A stretch of 64,000 nt of DNA, taken from contig CP070630.1 of assembly GCA_020356025.1 (NCBI GenBank), forward strand, positions 1,311,343-1,375,342, in the 5' to 3' direction. The stretch comes from Dehalococcoidia bacterium (lineage in GTDB: Bacteria; Chloroflexota; Dehalococcoidia; SM23-28-2). The translations under genes and the position numbers were made by a program. This document shows, piece by piece, positions 62,859 to 64,000 of the stretch. The notes under the pieces are model-generated. The model did not search any database and was not told the DNA's origin. It worked only from the letters and a program-made list of their open reading frames with translations. Within the stretch, counting starts at the first letter, position 1. Each line of letters starts with the position of its first letter.

Positions 62859-64000
62859 ACGACCACGACAAGCCCGAATCACAGACGACGCCAGACCGCC
62901 TGGGCCTGGTGGTGAGCGGCTCCCTGGCCGGTGGCCTGGACGTGAGGCTCGATAGCTCCCGCTCGGTGGAGGAGATGGCCGTCGGCCGCTACGTCACCGT
63001 CCAGGGCCACCGCTCCCGTTTCTTCGGCATCATCACCGACGTCGAGCTGCGCGCCGCCAATCGCGACATCCCCTGGTCACTCCCCGAAGCGACCGACGAC
63101 TTCGCCCGCGAGGTCATGGCCGGCACGACCACCTTCGGCAGCCTGCGCGTCGTGCCCTACCTCCAGGTGAGAGCCACCGCCGACGCCCAGCCGGAGCCCG
63201 CCAAGACCGTGCCCGTCCACTTCGCCGAGGTGCGGGACGCCTCCCAGGAGGACGTGGAGCGCATCTTCGGCCAGGAGGACGAAAGCCACTTCATCATCGG
63301 CAGCCCTCTGGACATGGAGGTCAAGGTCTGCCTCAACTACCAGCGCTTCGCCGAGCGCAGCAACGGCGTCTTCGGCAAGAGCGGCACCGGCAAGACCTTC
63401 CTCGCCCGCATCGTCCTCGCCAGCCTGATCCAGAAGAGCAACGCCCAGCGCGAGGCCGACAAGCGAGTGGTCAACCTGGTGTTCGATATGCACAACGAGT
63501 ACGGCTGGAAGGGCACCCGCGAGGGCGGCTCGGGCGAGGTCAAGGCCCTCAAGCAGCTCTTCTCCGCCAGCGTGGCCGTCTTCACCCTCGACACGGAGAG
63601 CTCCCGCCGCCGCCAGGTTGCCACCGACGCCGTGGTCGAGATCGGCTACGACGAGGTGGAGCCGGAGGACATCGAGGTCCTGCGGGAGACCGTGAACCTG
63701 ACCGACCTGGCCGTCGAGGCCGGCTACACGCTTGAGCGCCGCTTCGGCCGCCAGTGGATCGAGAAGACGCTGGCGCTAGACCCGTCGGACGAGGAGGAGC
63801 GCGAGTTCCTCCAACGAGAGTCCATCCACGATTCGAGCTTCCGCAACCTCCGCCGCGGCCTGCGCCGCCTGGAACGCCTGGAGTTCCTGCGTCCCCACAC
63901 CGAGCAGAACTCGGTGCAGACCATCCTCAACTACCTCCAGAGCGGCAAGAACGTGGTGCTGGAGTTCGGCCGCCACGGCGATAACATCACCGCCTACGTG
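62855..64000 (+). CDS. herA: HerA/DUF87-type hexameric ATPase-helicase (5' part; truncated by window end)
   Basis: Not in the ORF track (no stop in the window). My translation is open for 382 codons. It shows HAS-barrel-like RLGLVVSGSLAGGLDVRL...VGRYVTVQGHRSRFFGIITDVEL, Walker A GVFGKSGTGKTFLA, and the HerA-typical VFDMHNEYG. SD AGGAGGA at 62841-62847. Confidence 0.8.
   Translation, partial: MNDHDKPESQTTPDRLGLVVSGSLAGGLDVRLDSSRSVEEMAVGRYVTVQGHRSRFFGIITDVELRAANRDIPWSLPEATDDFAREVMAGTTTFGSLRVVPYLQVRATADAQPEPAKTVPVHFAEVRDASQEDVERIFGQEDESHFIIGSPLDMEVKVCLNYQRFAERSNGVFGKSGTGKTFLARIVLASLIQKSNAQREADKRVVNLVFDMHNEYGWKGTREGGSGEVKALKQLFSASVAVFTLDTESSRRRQVATDAVVEIGYDEVEPEDIEVLRETVNLTDLAVEAGYTLERRFGRQWIEKTLALDPSDEEEREFLQRESIHDSSFRNLRRGLRRLERLEFLRPHTEQNSVQTILNYLQSGKNVVLEFGRHGDNITAYV

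Noticed and set aside
1-64000. Mobile elements, prophage, genomic-island boundaries, toxin-antitoxin pairs
   Set aside because: I saw no transposase, integrase, recombinase or phage structural signatures, no tRNA-flanked direct repeats, and no obvious compositional break. The only AT-richer stretch is the 40.7-40.9 kb intergenic region.

Overview
GC-rich, very gene-dense bacterial chromosomal segment. I call 59 protein-coding genes on both strands. I recognised no rRNA, tRNA, CRISPR array, transposase or integrase.

Content in order:
- A partial secreted protein and a small acidic ORF that carry duplicated promoters.
- polA.
- A plus-strand catabolic operon: TPP-dependent E1 alpha/beta without E2/E3, two family-III CoA-transferases, an oxalyl-CoA-decarboxylase / 2-hydroxyacyl-CoA-lyase-like TPP enzyme, and an SDR.
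- A minus-strand operon of four hotdog-fold proteins, a FabF-like ketosynthase and an LpxL-type acyltransferase, divergent from a LysR regulator.
- nfo, a family-I CoA-transferase, an M28 peptidase and a LysM lipoprotein.
- A central-carbon island: 12S carboxyltransferase, a small peptide, a 5S carboxyltransferase fused to a biotin carrier, aconitase, mdh, a two-subunit class-I fumarase, and two architecturally different succinate dehydrogenase / fumarate reductase complexes.
- nudix-GNAT-nadK-tlyA, then a NarL-type two-component pair.
- clpX, clpP and tig, then a beta-helix exoprotein.
- A peptide ABC importer, aspS, hemW, a deacetylase, selB and a DUF3795 protein.
- At the 3' edge, a translationally coupled nurA - unknown ORF - herA operon cut by the window end. 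I rate this the best candidate for an undescribed system.

Two general patterns stand out. Many neighbouring genes are joined by 4-nt ATGA/GTGA/TTGA start-stop overlaps. An extended -10 motif, TGCTAnnnT, recurs in front of most operons, sometimes so close to the start codon that leaderless or near-leaderless mRNAs are likely.

Many long ORFs in the supplied track are opposite-strand or alternative-frame shadows of real genes, which is typical of high GC, and I rejected them. All functional calls rest on motif and family recognition by eye. No database search was run.
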